DNA of 27,369 bases from Acidobacteriota bacterium. GTDB taxonomy: Bacteria > Acidobacteriota > CAIWXX01. The translations under genes were made by a program, and so were the position numbers. The notes under the pieces are model-generated. The model worked only from the letters and a program-made list of their open reading frames with translations, was not told the origin of the DNA and did no database searches. Of the stretch, positions 1-8,966 are shown in pieces (positions within the stretch are counted from its first letter, which is position 1; each line of letters starts with the position of its first letter). The stretch spans positions 1-27,369 of the forward strand of contig JBFMAF010000047.1 of assembly GCA_040755995.1 (NCBI GenBank). The letters run 5' to 3'.

Positions 1-95
1 ACCCCCATGGCCGCCGAGGAGATGCATCATGGGATTTTTATGTGCTGTGGTCCAAGGAAGGATGATCGCAGTATCAAGTACTTACCGAAGCAACT

Positions 96-486
96 CTACA
101 TAACATTCCGCTGCGCATAATAAATCATCGTCGTCCTGACGTCGCTGTGACCCAGCAGTTCCTGGACCGTCCGGATATCGTACCCGCCTTCCAGCAAGTG
201 GGTGACGAAGGAATGCCCCTTTCCAGACTGCCGGTCGAGCTTGCCCAGGTCCATGGCTGAGGGAGCTCACCCGACGAAGCGAAGGGTCCACGTCAACCGG
301 TTCTCCCGCGAAGAGGGTGAGAGGTCGGATCAACATCCCCTCGCTATCCGGCACTGTCCAGTACTTCTCTTGCGGACGCCAGCGTCGATCAGGGATACTC
401 TTGATCTTCATCACCCGTTGCGAGTCATATGGCATGACCACCCTCAGCCGCCCCTTCGGTCCTGGCTCAATGACCACAGAACTCAC
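96..486 (-). pseudogene. Internally deleted integron-integrase-like tyrosine recombinase
   Basis: A minus frame at 215..96 reads [32 protein letters not shown], the box II/catalytic Tyr region typical of IntI/Xer recombinases. An N-terminal piece (MSSVVIEPGPKGRLRVVMPYDSQRVMKIKSIPDRRW..) starts at 486 in another frame. The SAM-like domain and box I are missing. Confidence 0.8.
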
Positions 487-584
487 GGCTACGAACTCCC
501 TGCATCATGAACCGACATGACGTGTGGGTCAAGACCGGTTGCCCACCCCCACCCATGCCGCTGATCTTGCGAAATCCGTACCAA

Positions 585-738
585 CAGCCCCGCGGGCACC
601 TTGAGGTGGTGCAGGGTGAGGAGTTCCGGGAAGGCCTCGCGAAGCGAATCTGCGGCGGATTCGTTGATGGCCCGCAACCACCTCTCGAACTCTTCGAGCA
701 TCCCTCATGCGTCCTCGTAGCTGTTCTGCTGCAGGGCT
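585..738 (-). mobile_element. IS256 (Mutator)-family transposase fragment
   Basis: Reads ALQQNSYEDA*GMLEEFERWLRAINESAADSLREAFPELLTLHHLKVP, resembling the helical region before the TNxIE motif of IS256 transposases. It has an internal stop and no IS ends were seen. Confidence 0.65.
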
Positions 739-878
739 GAGGTACGCGCCCTTGCCCCCATAGCGCCCCACGACGGTCTCGGCCGCAGCGCGGTCGACAC
801 GGATCTCCGGCACTACCTCCACCTTGCGCTCCCGGTACGCCCCGTATCGAGCCATGGAGGCGATGACATTGGCGAGCA
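735..878 (-). pseudogene. Fragment resembling the inter-domain linker of NDP-forming acyl-CoA synthetase
   Basis: Reads LANVIASMARYGAYRERKVEVVPEIRVDRAAAETVVGRYGGKGAYLSP, similar to the AcdA/AcdB junction (MARYxxxR..P...VD...A......YL). Only about 48 codons. Confidence 0.45.
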
Positions 879-935
879 ACACTGACGATCCTCATTTGAC
901 AACCGCACCGGCACGGGAGCCGATCGGGTTTCAGA
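878..935 (-). mobile_element. Possible IS91-like transposase C-terminal scrap
   Basis: PDRLPCRCGCQMRIVSV resembles the DPLxCPxCGGxMRII motif. Very short. Confidence 0.3.
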
Positions 936-1050
936 TGACTGCTCTCGGCGCCACTGCGTTCACTCATGCCACGGCGCGCCACGACCGCATCAGCGCCGGT
1001 GCGCCGTCGATCGCGTCGGCTGTCTTCGTGCTGATCGGCGACGGCACCCG

Positions 1051-2838
1051 TCAGCTCCCGGCTCGGAGCTCGATGACCAACAGCGGACTCGACAGAGGCA
1101 GATCGATCCGCTTCCCGTTGAGCTTGCGGGGTGACTTCCCCATCTCGAAGGCCGATCCAGTGAGGGCGGACGAGCTGGAGAGCGTGAGCCGGCCCGTAGC
1201 CGCGCCCGAGTACGCGAAGAGAAAGTACCGGCTCGGATCATCCCGGTCGGTGTAGTACTCGATTCGGGTCCGAGCAGGAGCGGTCAGGGAGAAGGGCAGG
1301 TGTGCGTGCAGCGACCCGAGAGAGACGACATTCGGGAAGTTGAGAGGAGGCTGCCGATCGCTCCCCCATTCGTCACGGGTGGCGTTCTCGCCGAGGAGCA
1401 CGACCCGCAGGTCTTTCACAAGGCGGAACTCGTCGTCGCGCATCGACTCGATCCCCGGGAGTACGGCGGCATCGACATCGGGAGTGGACGCGAGAGTCTC
1501 GAGTGGCACAATGCGGAAAGGGAGATGGCGTTCCGATAGCGTCCTGAATGCTGTCACGTATTTCGAGAAGGCACCCTCGTCCGAGTATGTCCAGTCCTTG
1601 TTACGCGCGGAATAGATAAGAGCGACCTCGGCGTAAGGGACTCGCCGATCGAGCACGTCCCCGATTGTGTCCATGAACGAGAAGGCCCCGGCCGGGTGAG
1701 GAGAATCAGCCGTGGGGTAGTAGTTGCCCGACTCGCAGATTGCGATGGCGAATTCCTTCAGCGCGTCTGCGGAGCTGGCCGGCCAGCCGAGGTAGATGAT
1801 GGGCTGGTCGAGGCGGATGTCCCGCGCGAATTTCGCCATCCGGAAAGCCGCCAGATCATCTCCTTCCGGCTCGATCTCAGGCGAGAACGCGGCGCCGCTC
1901 TGTACGGAGAAAGAGGGGTCGTTGCCGAGGAGCGTGCCGTCGGACGTGTCGTTCGTGGAGGCTTCGAAGAACGTGGCGGCGCCGGCGCTGCTCGCGGCCT
2001 GCGTGAGATACGCGAGGTAGGACTGGACGGCCTGGTGCCTGAACCAGACGAACTTCCGCCACTCGGTCGAGCTCCAGTCGACTCGCGCCGGTACCGCCAG
2101 GCCGTACTGCTTGCGGAAGGCCGACGCGAACCGTGGGTCGCTCGACGCCCAACGCTCACCAAGGTTCTGCATCCCGGGCAAGGAGACCTGGTCGATGTAG
2201 AGGGCGTCGACCCCGGCACGAGCGAGCGAGATGATGCGGCGCCGCATCAGTCCTTTGAAGCCGCTATAGGGCGACGCCCACGCGTCCTCCATGTCCTCTG
2301 TGATCCAATCGTTCTCGATGCAGGTCCAGACCATGGGCCGCCCCGAGATGTCCTTCTGGAGCCACTCCGGATGCGTGCGGGAGAGAGACCTGGTCGTCTG
2401 GTCGTCGCAAGCATCGTGCGCCATGACCTCGAGCCCGTTCAGGTAGCAGATCGTCTTCAGACCCGCCGCGTGCGCTTCCTCGACGAGCGTTGCGGCCTTG
2501 GCCAGGATGCCCTTGAAGCCCGCCTCATCGACGATGGTGCGGTACATCTGCTCCTCTTCGAGGTAGAAGATGAGAGTGTTCGCCCCTGCGCGCCGCGCAC
2601 GGTCAACCCCCTCTTCGATCTCCTCGTCCGATGTCTCCGGATAGAGGATGTCGAACGGCCACAGCTTCATCCGCCATGTCCATTCAGGAAATCCAACTGC
2701 CCGATCGGCTCCTTCTGCATGCGAGGGCGAAAGCTGGCAGAGGAGGAGCAAGAAGACCGGAAGGAGGGGCACCAGGACACTCGCAATCGGGCTCACCGGC
2801 GCCGGCGGGCGGATCTGCGTTGTTGCGAGGCTGTTCAT
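1051..2838 (-). CDS. Secreted glycoside hydrolase-like protein (TIM barrel + GATase-like/beta-galactosidase trimerisation-like domain)
   Basis: 595 aa with a hydrophobic signal peptide ending SHA-E. Motifs include LVEEAHAAGLKTICY, HPEWLQKD, GVDALYID, FRKQYG...W..F..FR and a C-terminal VALIYS/LPFRIV/VLPG segment. Confidence 0.75.
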   Translation of the reverse strand: MNSLATTQIRPPAPVSPIASVLVPLLPVFLLLLCQLSPSHAEGADRAVGFPEWTWRMKLWPFDILYPETSDEEIEEGVDRARRAGANTLIFYLEEEQMYRTIVDEAGFKGILAKAATLVEEAHAAGLKTICYLNGLEVMAHDACDDQTTRSLSRTHPEWLQKDISGRPMVWTCIENDWITEDMEDAWASPYSGFKGLMRRRIISLARAGVDALYIDQVSLPGMQNLGERWASSDPRFASAFRKQYGLAVPARVDWSSTEWRKFVWFRHQAVQSYLAYLTQAASSAGAATFFEASTNDTSDGTLLGNDPSFSVQSGAAFSPEIEPEGDDLAAFRMAKFARDIRLDQPIIYLGWPASSADALKEFAIAICESGNYYPTADSPHPAGAFSFMDTIGDVLDRRVPYAEVALIYSARNKDWTYSDEGAFSKYVTAFRTLSERHLPFRIVPLETLASTPDVDAAVLPGIESMRDDEFRLVKDLRVVLLGENATRDEWGSDRQPPLNFPNVVSLGSLHAHLPFSLTAPARTRIEYYTDRDDPSRYFLFAYSGAATGRLTLSSSSALTGSAFEMGKSPRKLNGKRIDLPLSSPLLVIELRAGS

Positions 2839-2903
2839 GCACTATTTATAACGCATTCTTTCGGGATTAGCATCACCCGCCTGATGGCGTAGAAGCGCAG
2901 GTC

Positions 2904-2933
2904 ATGAGGGTAACTTCGACCAGGAGACGTTTA
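2904..2933 (+). promoter_or_regulatory. Putative ECF-sigma-type promoter (ATGAGGG..GACGTTT)
   Basis: ATGAGGGtaacttcgaccagGAGACGTTTA, about 65 nt before ATG 2999. Nearly identical to the copy at 4520. Confidence 0.5.
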
Positions 2934-2998
2934 TCCCGTTTGAAGGCCGATCATCGATCATAACAACTCGGAGTGGGACCTTGCGAAAGGACTGGATC

Positions 2999-4408
2999 AT
3001 GAAAGCAATTCGATTGCTCGCGGTGACGCTGTGGGCAGTGTTGCATGCCGCGATTCTCTTGCCAAGTCCTGTGCGCGGTCATGGCAGGACCGCCCAGCCT
3101 ATACGGGATGATATCCTTCAACCCGAGATCTCACGAAATGTGATTGGTGGGTCCGGGCAACTCGCCGGGTGGGCTGACTTCTATGGCGACATCGGCAACC
3201 CACCAGCGGGAGCTGACTACACGGCCATCGCGGCAGGCGGTGTTTGCGGGCTCGCCCTCAAGACCGACGGCAGCATCTCCGGTTGGGGTGTAAACTTCCT
3301 CGGCCTGGCTACTCCGCCAGTCGGTAACAACTACGCGGCCATCGCCGCTGGCGGTTTGTACAACCTCGCTCTGAGATCCGACGGCGGGCTCGTCGGCTGG
3401 GGAGACAACAGTCTCGGCCAGGCCACACCACCGGCAGGCAACGACTATGTCGCCATTGCGGCGGGCTACGCTCACGGCCTGGCTCTGAAGTCAGACGGCA
3501 GCATCGTCGGCTGGGGGGACAATGCCTACGGCCAGGCCACTCCACCGGCAGGCAACGACTATACGGCCATCGCGGCGGGATACGAGCACAGCCTGGCTCT
3601 GAAGTCAGATGGCAGCATCGTGGGCTGGGGACGAGATTTCGAAGGCCAGGCCACTCCGCCGGCAGGGAATGACTACCATGCCATCGCGGCAGGCGGTTAC
3701 CACAGCCTTGCCCTGCGATCCGACGGCAGCATCGTCGGCTGGGGACATGACAATCACGGCGAGGCCACTGCACCCGCCGGCAACGACTACGTGACGATCG
3801 CAGCAGGCAGTCATCACAGCCTGGCCGTGAAGTCTGACGGCAGTATCGTTGGTTGGGGATCGATCTCTTCCCCGCCGCCGGGAAGCAACTATCTCGCGAT
3901 CTCCTCGCGCGACGTTTACTCAGTGGCACTGTTCGGGTACACGATTTTCGCAGAAAGTTTCGCAGTGGGTTGCACCGTGAGCCCGAGGAGGCAGGCCGTT
4001 CCCGTCGGCGGCAGCGCGCAGGTGACTATGATACCCGACGCAGGCTATCAGGTAGCAGCAATCGTCGACAACGGAGTCTACCAACCGGTTGCCAACCCCT
4101 ATGTCGTCAATAACGCGCACGAGGATCACCTCGTCACCGTCAGCTTCGCGCCCGCAGGCGGGCCCACTATCAGTCGGGTCAAGTCGAAGACGAGCAAACC
4201 CGGGTCATCGGCGACAATCCACGGCTCGGGCTTCGCTACCGACGCGAAGAAGGATCTCATTTACTTTGGAAAGAAGAAGGCGACGGTGAAGAAGGCCACG
4301 ACGGGGAAGCTCACAGTGACGATCCCGAAGGTCAAGAAGGGGCAGGTCGAGGTGTATGTCATGGTCAACGGCTCAAAGAGCAACACGGTCCAGTTCCAGG
4401 TGAAGTAG
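2999..4408 (+). CDS. Secreted RCC1/BLIP-II beta-propeller repeat protein with C-terminal IPT/TIG domain
   Basis: Signal peptide MKAIRLLAVTLWAVL.., 6-7 repeats of AIAAGxxHSLALKSDGSIVGWG, a small beta-sandwich (IPDAGYQV), then IPT (PTISRV..PGSSATIHGSGF..FG...LTVTIP..V.V.VNGSKSN). Confidence 0.85.
   Translation: MKAIRLLAVTLWAVLHAAILLPSPVRGHGRTAQPIRDDILQPEISRNVIGGSGQLAGWADFYGDIGNPPAGADYTAIAAGGVCGLALKTDGSISGWGVNFLGLATPPVGNNYAAIAAGGLYNLALRSDGGLVGWGDNSLGQATPPAGNDYVAIAAGYAHGLALKSDGSIVGWGDNAYGQATPPAGNDYTAIAAGYEHSLALKSDGSIVGWGRDFEGQATPPAGNDYHAIAAGGYHSLALRSDGSIVGWGHDNHGEATAPAGNDYVTIAAGSHHSLAVKSDGSIVGWGSISSPPPGSNYLAISSRDVYSVALFGYTIFAESFAVGCTVSPRRQAVPVGGSAQVTMIPDAGYQVAAIVDNGVYQPVANPYVVNNAHEDHLVTVSFAPAGGPTISRVKSKTSKPGSSATIHGSGFATDAKKDLIYFGKKKATVKKATTGKLTVTIPKVKKGQVEVYVMVNGSKSNTVQFQVK
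3157..3930 (+). repeat. 114-bp (38 aa) intragenic tandem repeats
   Basis: ccggcagg(c/g)aa(c/t)gacta recurs at 3431, 3545 and 3659 (period 114). Unit PPAGNDYxAIAAGxxHSLALKSDGSIVGWGxNxxGQAT. Confidence 0.9.
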
Positions 4409-4519
4409 CTGCGCCAAGGGATCGCTTGCCGACAGGCCGCACCGGCCTCCGTCGAAGTGTCAGATCTCGGAGCGTTGTCGCCTCTCTGTTCGGGACTTGG
4501 TTCCGCAGCAGCGGCAGGG

Positions 4520-4549
4520 ATGAGGGGAATTTCGACCCGACGACGTTTG
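4520..4549 (+). promoter_or_regulatory. Putative ECF-sigma-type promoter (second copy)
   Basis: ATGAGGGgaatttcgacccgACGACGTTTG, with the same spacing as the 2904 copy. Lies upstream of the beta-helix/YcaO unit. Confidence 0.5.
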
Positions 4550-4777
4550 TCAGCTGATGGCTGATCACAGGGTCGGCTGCGCACGCCCGGGAAGCCGCTT
4601 ACGTCGGATACCTCGGAGAAACAGAGGAGGATGAAGAACGACCGAAGCAGTTCGAATCACAGGCGCCGCTCTAGTGCCGGTGCAGCCCGTGCTGGCCGGA
4701 GGATCACCATCGCAAGAAGACGTGGGTCGATCCCGGAAGCCGGGACGGACCGCAGGAGCGCGCTCAGAAGGAGGAAC

Positions 4778-6145
4778 ATGAATTCCAGGACCTTATCCAT
4801 CGCATTCGTCTTGAGTGTGTGTAACCTCTCGACGTTTACACCTCTCTCGCTAGCCCGTCCTCAGGGAAGGGTGTACTACGTGGCCACGACGGGGAAGGAC
4901 ACAAACCCAGGGACGCTGGCGAGTCCCTGGCGTACGGTCCAGAAGGCGGCCGACACGCTGGTCGCCGGGGACACTGTGTACATCAGAAAGGGTACATACA
5001 AAGGGAGGGTCGCCCCGAAGAACTCTGGTACGGATGCGACCCACGTGATTACTTACGCGTCCTACCCGGGGGAAACGGCCACCATCGATGGAAAGGGAGT
5101 CTCGGTGCCCGAATACGTAGGGTTGTTTCACATCGAGGGGAAGAAGTACATCACCGTCCAGGGCTTGAAGGTCGCGAACTCAAGGTATTACGGCATCAAT
5201 GCCGACGGATCGAGCAACATCACCATCCAGAAGAACATCATCTACAAGACCGTTTCGTGCGGGATCGGCGTCTGGGCCTGCTCCAACGTGATCGTCGATG
5301 GAAACGATGTGTCGCAGGCCTGTTCGGGTGGCCAGCAGGAGGCCATCTCGGTGGCCCAGACGAACAAGTTCGAGGTCAGGAACAACCATGTTCATGACAC
5401 GCCCGACAAGGAGGGCATCTGCGCCAAGGACGGCTCCTCACATGGGAAGGTCTACCGCAACAACGTCCACCACACCTCAGACGACGGAATCTATGTAGAC
5501 GCCTGGGAGCGCCACACCCACCACATCGAAGTGTATGGGAACGTCGTCCACGACGTGAAGGAGCAGGACTCCAGTGGTATCGGATTGGCCTCGGAGGAGG
5601 GCGGACTTCTTGAGAACATCCGGGTCTACAACAACATCGTATATCGTAACCCTTGGGTGGGCATCGAGGTTTCTGACTGGGGAGAGGGTGCGTCGCGCCC
5701 AATGAAGCGCATCGAGATCGTGAACAACACCCTCTGGGAGAACGGCATCCCGTGGGGAGGGGGCATTACCTGCCAGAATCCTGACGTGCAGTCGGGCTCC
5801 ATCATCAGGAACAACATCTGCAGCGAGAATTCTGCTTTTCAAATCGCCGTTGTCTCTTCACTGTACAACAAGGCCGTCAAGGTGGACCACAACCTCATAA
5901 ATCGCTTCATGGGCGAGGAGGGCGAGGTTCGTGGGACCAGCTACGTGGAGGCGGACCCGCTCCTGCTCAACCCCGCAAAGGGCGACTTCCATCTCCAGAC
6001 CGGCTCACCCGCCATCGACAAGGGATCGTCCTCGAAGGCACCCGCGGTCGACTACTACGGGAACGCGCGGCCAAAGGACGGTGACGGCAACGGCTCTGCG
6101 GTGTTCGACATCGGCGCCTGCGAGAGGCCGGCGGAGGGAGGATGA
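4778..6145 (+). CDS. Secreted right-handed parallel beta-helix protein (DUF1565-like N-terminus, choice-of-anchor Q-like C-terminus)
   Basis: RBS AGGAGG before ATG 4778 and a signal peptide. Motifs YYVATTGKDTNPGT..PWRTVQKA..AGDTVYIRKGTY, Asn-rich beta-helix repeats and DFHLQTGSPAIDKG...RP.DGDGNG...DIGA.E. Confidence 0.85.
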   Translation: MNSRTLSIAFVLSVCNLSTFTPLSLARPQGRVYYVATTGKDTNPGTLASPWRTVQKAADTLVAGDTVYIRKGTYKGRVAPKNSGTDATHVITYASYPGETATIDGKGVSVPEYVGLFHIEGKKYITVQGLKVANSRYYGINADGSSNITIQKNIIYKTVSCGIGVWACSNVIVDGNDVSQACSGGQQEAISVAQTNKFEVRNNHVHDTPDKEGICAKDGSSHGKVYRNNVHHTSDDGIYVDAWERHTHHIEVYGNVVHDVKEQDSSGIGLASEEGGLLENIRVYNNIVYRNPWVGIEVSDWGEGASRPMKRIEIVNNTLWENGIPWGGGITCQNPDVQSGSIIRNNICSENSAFQIAVVSSLYNKAVKVDHNLINRFMGEEGEVRGTSYVEADPLLLNPAKGDFHLQTGSPAIDKGSSSKAPAVDYYGNARPKDGDGNGSAVFDIGACERPAEGG

Positions 6146-6149
6146 CCTC

Positions 6150-7985
6150 ATGGCCGGCTTCATTCATCACAGGGATGCGAGCCCCGAGGAGACAGTCGCC
6201 CGCCTAGGCGAGCTCCTCTCAGGCGTCGGAATCGCTCTCTCCGAGGTAGGCTGGTGCGACGGTATCGACGGCGCCCGCTCGCTTGCTGTGCTTCCATCGG
6301 CGTTCTTGAAGGCGCACCCCAGCCCCAGCGCCAACGGCAAGGGGACGAATACAGAGCTGGCGCGCGCCAGTGCTTACGCGGAGTTCATAGAACGCCTGCA
6401 GAATACGACCCGGCAGACACCTGTCCTTCTGCCGCGCCGGTTCGGTCTCATGGAACCGGAGCTCGCTGATCCTCCGGACGCCTGCACGCGCACGCTCGGC
6501 GAGCTGCTGGACCACGGCAGCGCAGCTGCCAAGGACCTGTTGCGATTGTACGACGTGCACGGCCCAGACGCGCGGAAGAGCGAGGCAGTCTGCTTCCCTT
6601 TCTTCAACGCGACAACCGGTGAGGCCCAGCTCCTCCCGATGCGCTTGCTGTACAAGGCCTGTCTCAGCAACGGCATGGCCGCGGGCAACACGCCCGAGGA
6701 GGCGCTCGTGCACGCGCTATGCGAGATCTTCGAGCGTTTCGCTGTGACCCGCGCCTATCGCGAGCAACTACGGCTCCCCACCATAGCTCACGAACATCTT
6801 GCGGGGCTGCGTGTCCACACGGCTCTCGAGCGGCTCATGGCAGACGGCCTACGAGTGATCGTCAAGGACTGCTCGTTCGGCGGGGTCTATCCCGTCGTTG
6901 CGCTGATCCTATACGACCCCAGCCGGAACCGCTACGGCCTCAGATTCGGGAGCGACCCGATCCTCGACATCGCCCTCGAGCGCTGCGTGGTCGAGATCTG
7001 CCAGGGCGTGAACTACAAGGACCTCCGCGACGAGATGCTCGATGTTCTGTGGGACGCCGACGAGGCCGGACAGAGCCTCCGGCTTCAGGACCAGCCCGCC
7101 TATGCGCTCGAGCGCTTCATCATGGACGGCGACGCCCAATTCGCGAGCTCGATCTTCATCTCGGCCGGCGAGCCGCGCCACCAGCAGGCCTTCGCGGACG
7201 GCGAGATCGACAATCGTCGCCTGCTGAGGCGCCTCCATCGGGTGCTGCGCCAGGAGGGCTACCAGCTTCTCGTGCGAGACGTCTCGTACCTCGGCTTCCC
7301 GGCCTACTATGTCTACGTGCCCCGCATGTCGGATGCCCATGCGAGCAAGCTGAGCCTGCCCGGCAGCCAGAGTTGGGAGCCTCACCGCTTGCTGGCGCGG
7401 CTGGCCGATGCGTCTGATGCGGAAATCGCAGAGTGGCTCGAAGTCGCCGAGCGTGAGGTTGCGGGGCATGACGCCTGGTCCTGGGCCCGGGATTACGACT
7501 CGCTCTGGTGGTTCGGGCTCATGGTCGACAATGCATCGGGTCTGTCCCGGCTCTATTACTCCGACGTTCTATTCGCCGAGCTTGCCTGCCGGATCGGACG
7601 ATACGACCGCGCGGGCGTCTTTCTTGGCCGCCACCTCGAGAAGGCACGGCGCAACGTGCACATGGAAATCAAGAACCCCGACTATTCCTGGTGCACGCTG
7701 GCGACCCTCAAGCTTCGCGCGCGCGGTGCTTCGCAGGCCGAGGAGGCAGCTACCCTTGCTGATCTCTTTGGGCAGCGGCGTGCGGCAGAGGTGCGCGAGG
7801 ACCTGCACAGCCTGGGACGGCCCCTAGCCGACTCGATGCTGCCTCGCTGCGGTGACTGCTCGCGCTGCGCCCTGCGGCCGCATTGCTACTTTCCGTTCTA
7901 TTCCGCGCTGGTGGGAGAGCTCAACCACCGCATGGCGGACATCCGGATAGACCAAAGCCGGCTCGCAGGTGTGCTACGGGATTGA
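6150..7985 (+). CDS. YcaO-family protein with C-terminal helical extension and Cys cluster
   Basis: YcaO ATP-binding motifs NGKG...ARASAYAEFIER, SNGMAAGNTPEEALVHALCEIFER and ALERCVVEICQG. C-terminal CGDCSRCALRPHC. Start ATG 6150 has a GGAGG RBS and lies 4 nt after the upstream stop. Confidence 0.92.
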   Translation: MAGFIHHRDASPEETVARLGELLSGVGIALSEVGWCDGIDGARSLAVLPSAFLKAHPSPSANGKGTNTELARASAYAEFIERLQNTTRQTPVLLPRRFGLMEPELADPPDACTRTLGELLDHGSAAAKDLLRLYDVHGPDARKSEAVCFPFFNATTGEAQLLPMRLLYKACLSNGMAAGNTPEEALVHALCEIFERFAVTRAYREQLRLPTIAHEHLAGLRVHTALERLMADGLRVIVKDCSFGGVYPVVALILYDPSRNRYGLRFGSDPILDIALERCVVEICQGVNYKDLRDEMLDVLWDADEAGQSLRLQDQPAYALERFIMDGDAQFASSIFISAGEPRHQQAFADGEIDNRRLLRRLHRVLRQEGYQLLVRDVSYLGFPAYYVYVPRMSDAHASKLSLPGSQSWEPHRLLARLADASDAEIAEWLEVAEREVAGHDAWSWARDYDSLWWFGLMVDNASGLSRLYYSDVLFAELACRIGRYDRAGVFLGRHLEKARRNVHMEIKNPDYSWCTLATLKLRARGASQAEEAATLADLFGQRRAAEVREDLHSLGRPLADSMLPRCGDCSRCALRPHCYFPFYSALVGELNHRMADIRIDQSRLAGVLRD

Positions 7986-8089
7986 CGAAGAGGAGAACCG
8001 CAGAACCCCAGCCGTCACATCAGGCCAACCGACAAGAGTTATCGGCGCACGGGCCCAGGGGACTACGCGAGGTGCCTCTGTCCCAGGCG

Positions 8090-8518
8090 CTATCCTCCAT
8101 TGCCGACCAGGTTGCCTGTGCCATTCTTGAGGGACATGAACACGTCCCTGGGTACCGTCTGAGCGACGGCTCTGATGTAGGTCATGACAGCCAGGACGCC
8201 CTGCAATTCCGAACTCTCGACCTTGTTGACATCGTCGACCTCCTGCAATCCCATGAGTTCGATATTGCAGGCGCCGGGTCCAACAGCCGTCAGCCCGCCC
8301 GCTGGGCCTCGCGTGCGTTCCTGAGTGAAGATGGACTGCAACGGATTGGACTGGACGACTTCAAACTTGTCTTTCAGCAGCTCGGCGGACGTTTGCGTCG
8401 CTGCCGTTGTGCCGGGTTTCTCATAGGCCCGAGGCCTGGCGGAATCCGCAGAGGCAGTCGTCTGCGGTTGGATGATCGTCAGCGGTCTGTTCGACGGACC
8501 CTGGATACCTGATGGCAT
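8090..8518 (-). CDS. Hypothetical 142-aa protein, candidate precursor A (leader shared with 17350..18018)
   Basis: GGAGG RBS. The N-terminal 72 aa align with the 222-aa paralogue, which supports both as real genes. Confidence 0.75.
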   Translation of the reverse strand: MPSGIQGPSNRPLTIIQPQTTASADSARPRAYEKPGTTAATQTSAELLKDKFEVVQSNPLQSIFTQERTRGPAGGLTAVGPGACNIELMGLQEVDDVNKVESSELQGVLAVMTYIRAVAQTVPRDVFMSLKNGTGNLVGNGG

Positions 8519-8568
8519 GTGATAACCTCCTCCTGATGGCGGGCAGCGCCATTATGCCCTCCGTCCGA

Positions 8569-8740
8569 CCCGATGCCATACCCCGATCTCCGTCTACAGT
8601 CATCGTCGCCCACCCGACGGCTGTTGACTACGACAGATTTCGCGAACTCAGGCGCGATCCGGGCTCTACGGCCTCCGCCACCTTCCATGTACTCATAGAC
8701 GTCTCAAGAACCAGAATCCCTCATCGCCTTCGTCACGCGG
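8569..8740 (-). promoter_or_regulatory. Conserved upstream region of precursor A (two blocks; includes ATGAGGG-N12-GAGACGT at 8699-8724)
   Basis: Blocks cccgatgccat..cgatctc.gtct..gttga.tac.ac and acgtctcaagaaccaga.tccctcat are shared with 18107-18240. Confidence 0.6.
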
Positions 8741-8966
8741 CGGACGAGTCTGCCGGTGAGAGCCGCGATCGCGTCGCTGGCTCTGCGCCCACCGCGGCGT
8801 CGTGGATCCGAGCTTCAGGCGTGACGGACCTCTGAGGTAGACGAGGGAAGGTCTACGTTCTATATTTTGAAGAAGTGGAGGACCCCGGCTTCATGGAAGA
8901 CACAGTCTTGACCTCGGCCCTTGTCGGCGCACTGTTCGCCGTCTCCTCGACGCCCGCGGCGCGGCC

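Noticed and set aside
1696..2892. 398-aa + strand ORF, and other long antisense ORFs such as 16109..17185 (+) and 21107..23854 (-)
   Set aside because: These are shadows of well-supported opposite-strand genes in high-GC DNA, with no recognisable motifs.
3157..3930. Periodic repeats as a CRISPR array
   Set aside because: They are in-frame 114-bp coding repeats without unique spacers. No CRISPR, tRNA or rRNA was seen in the window.
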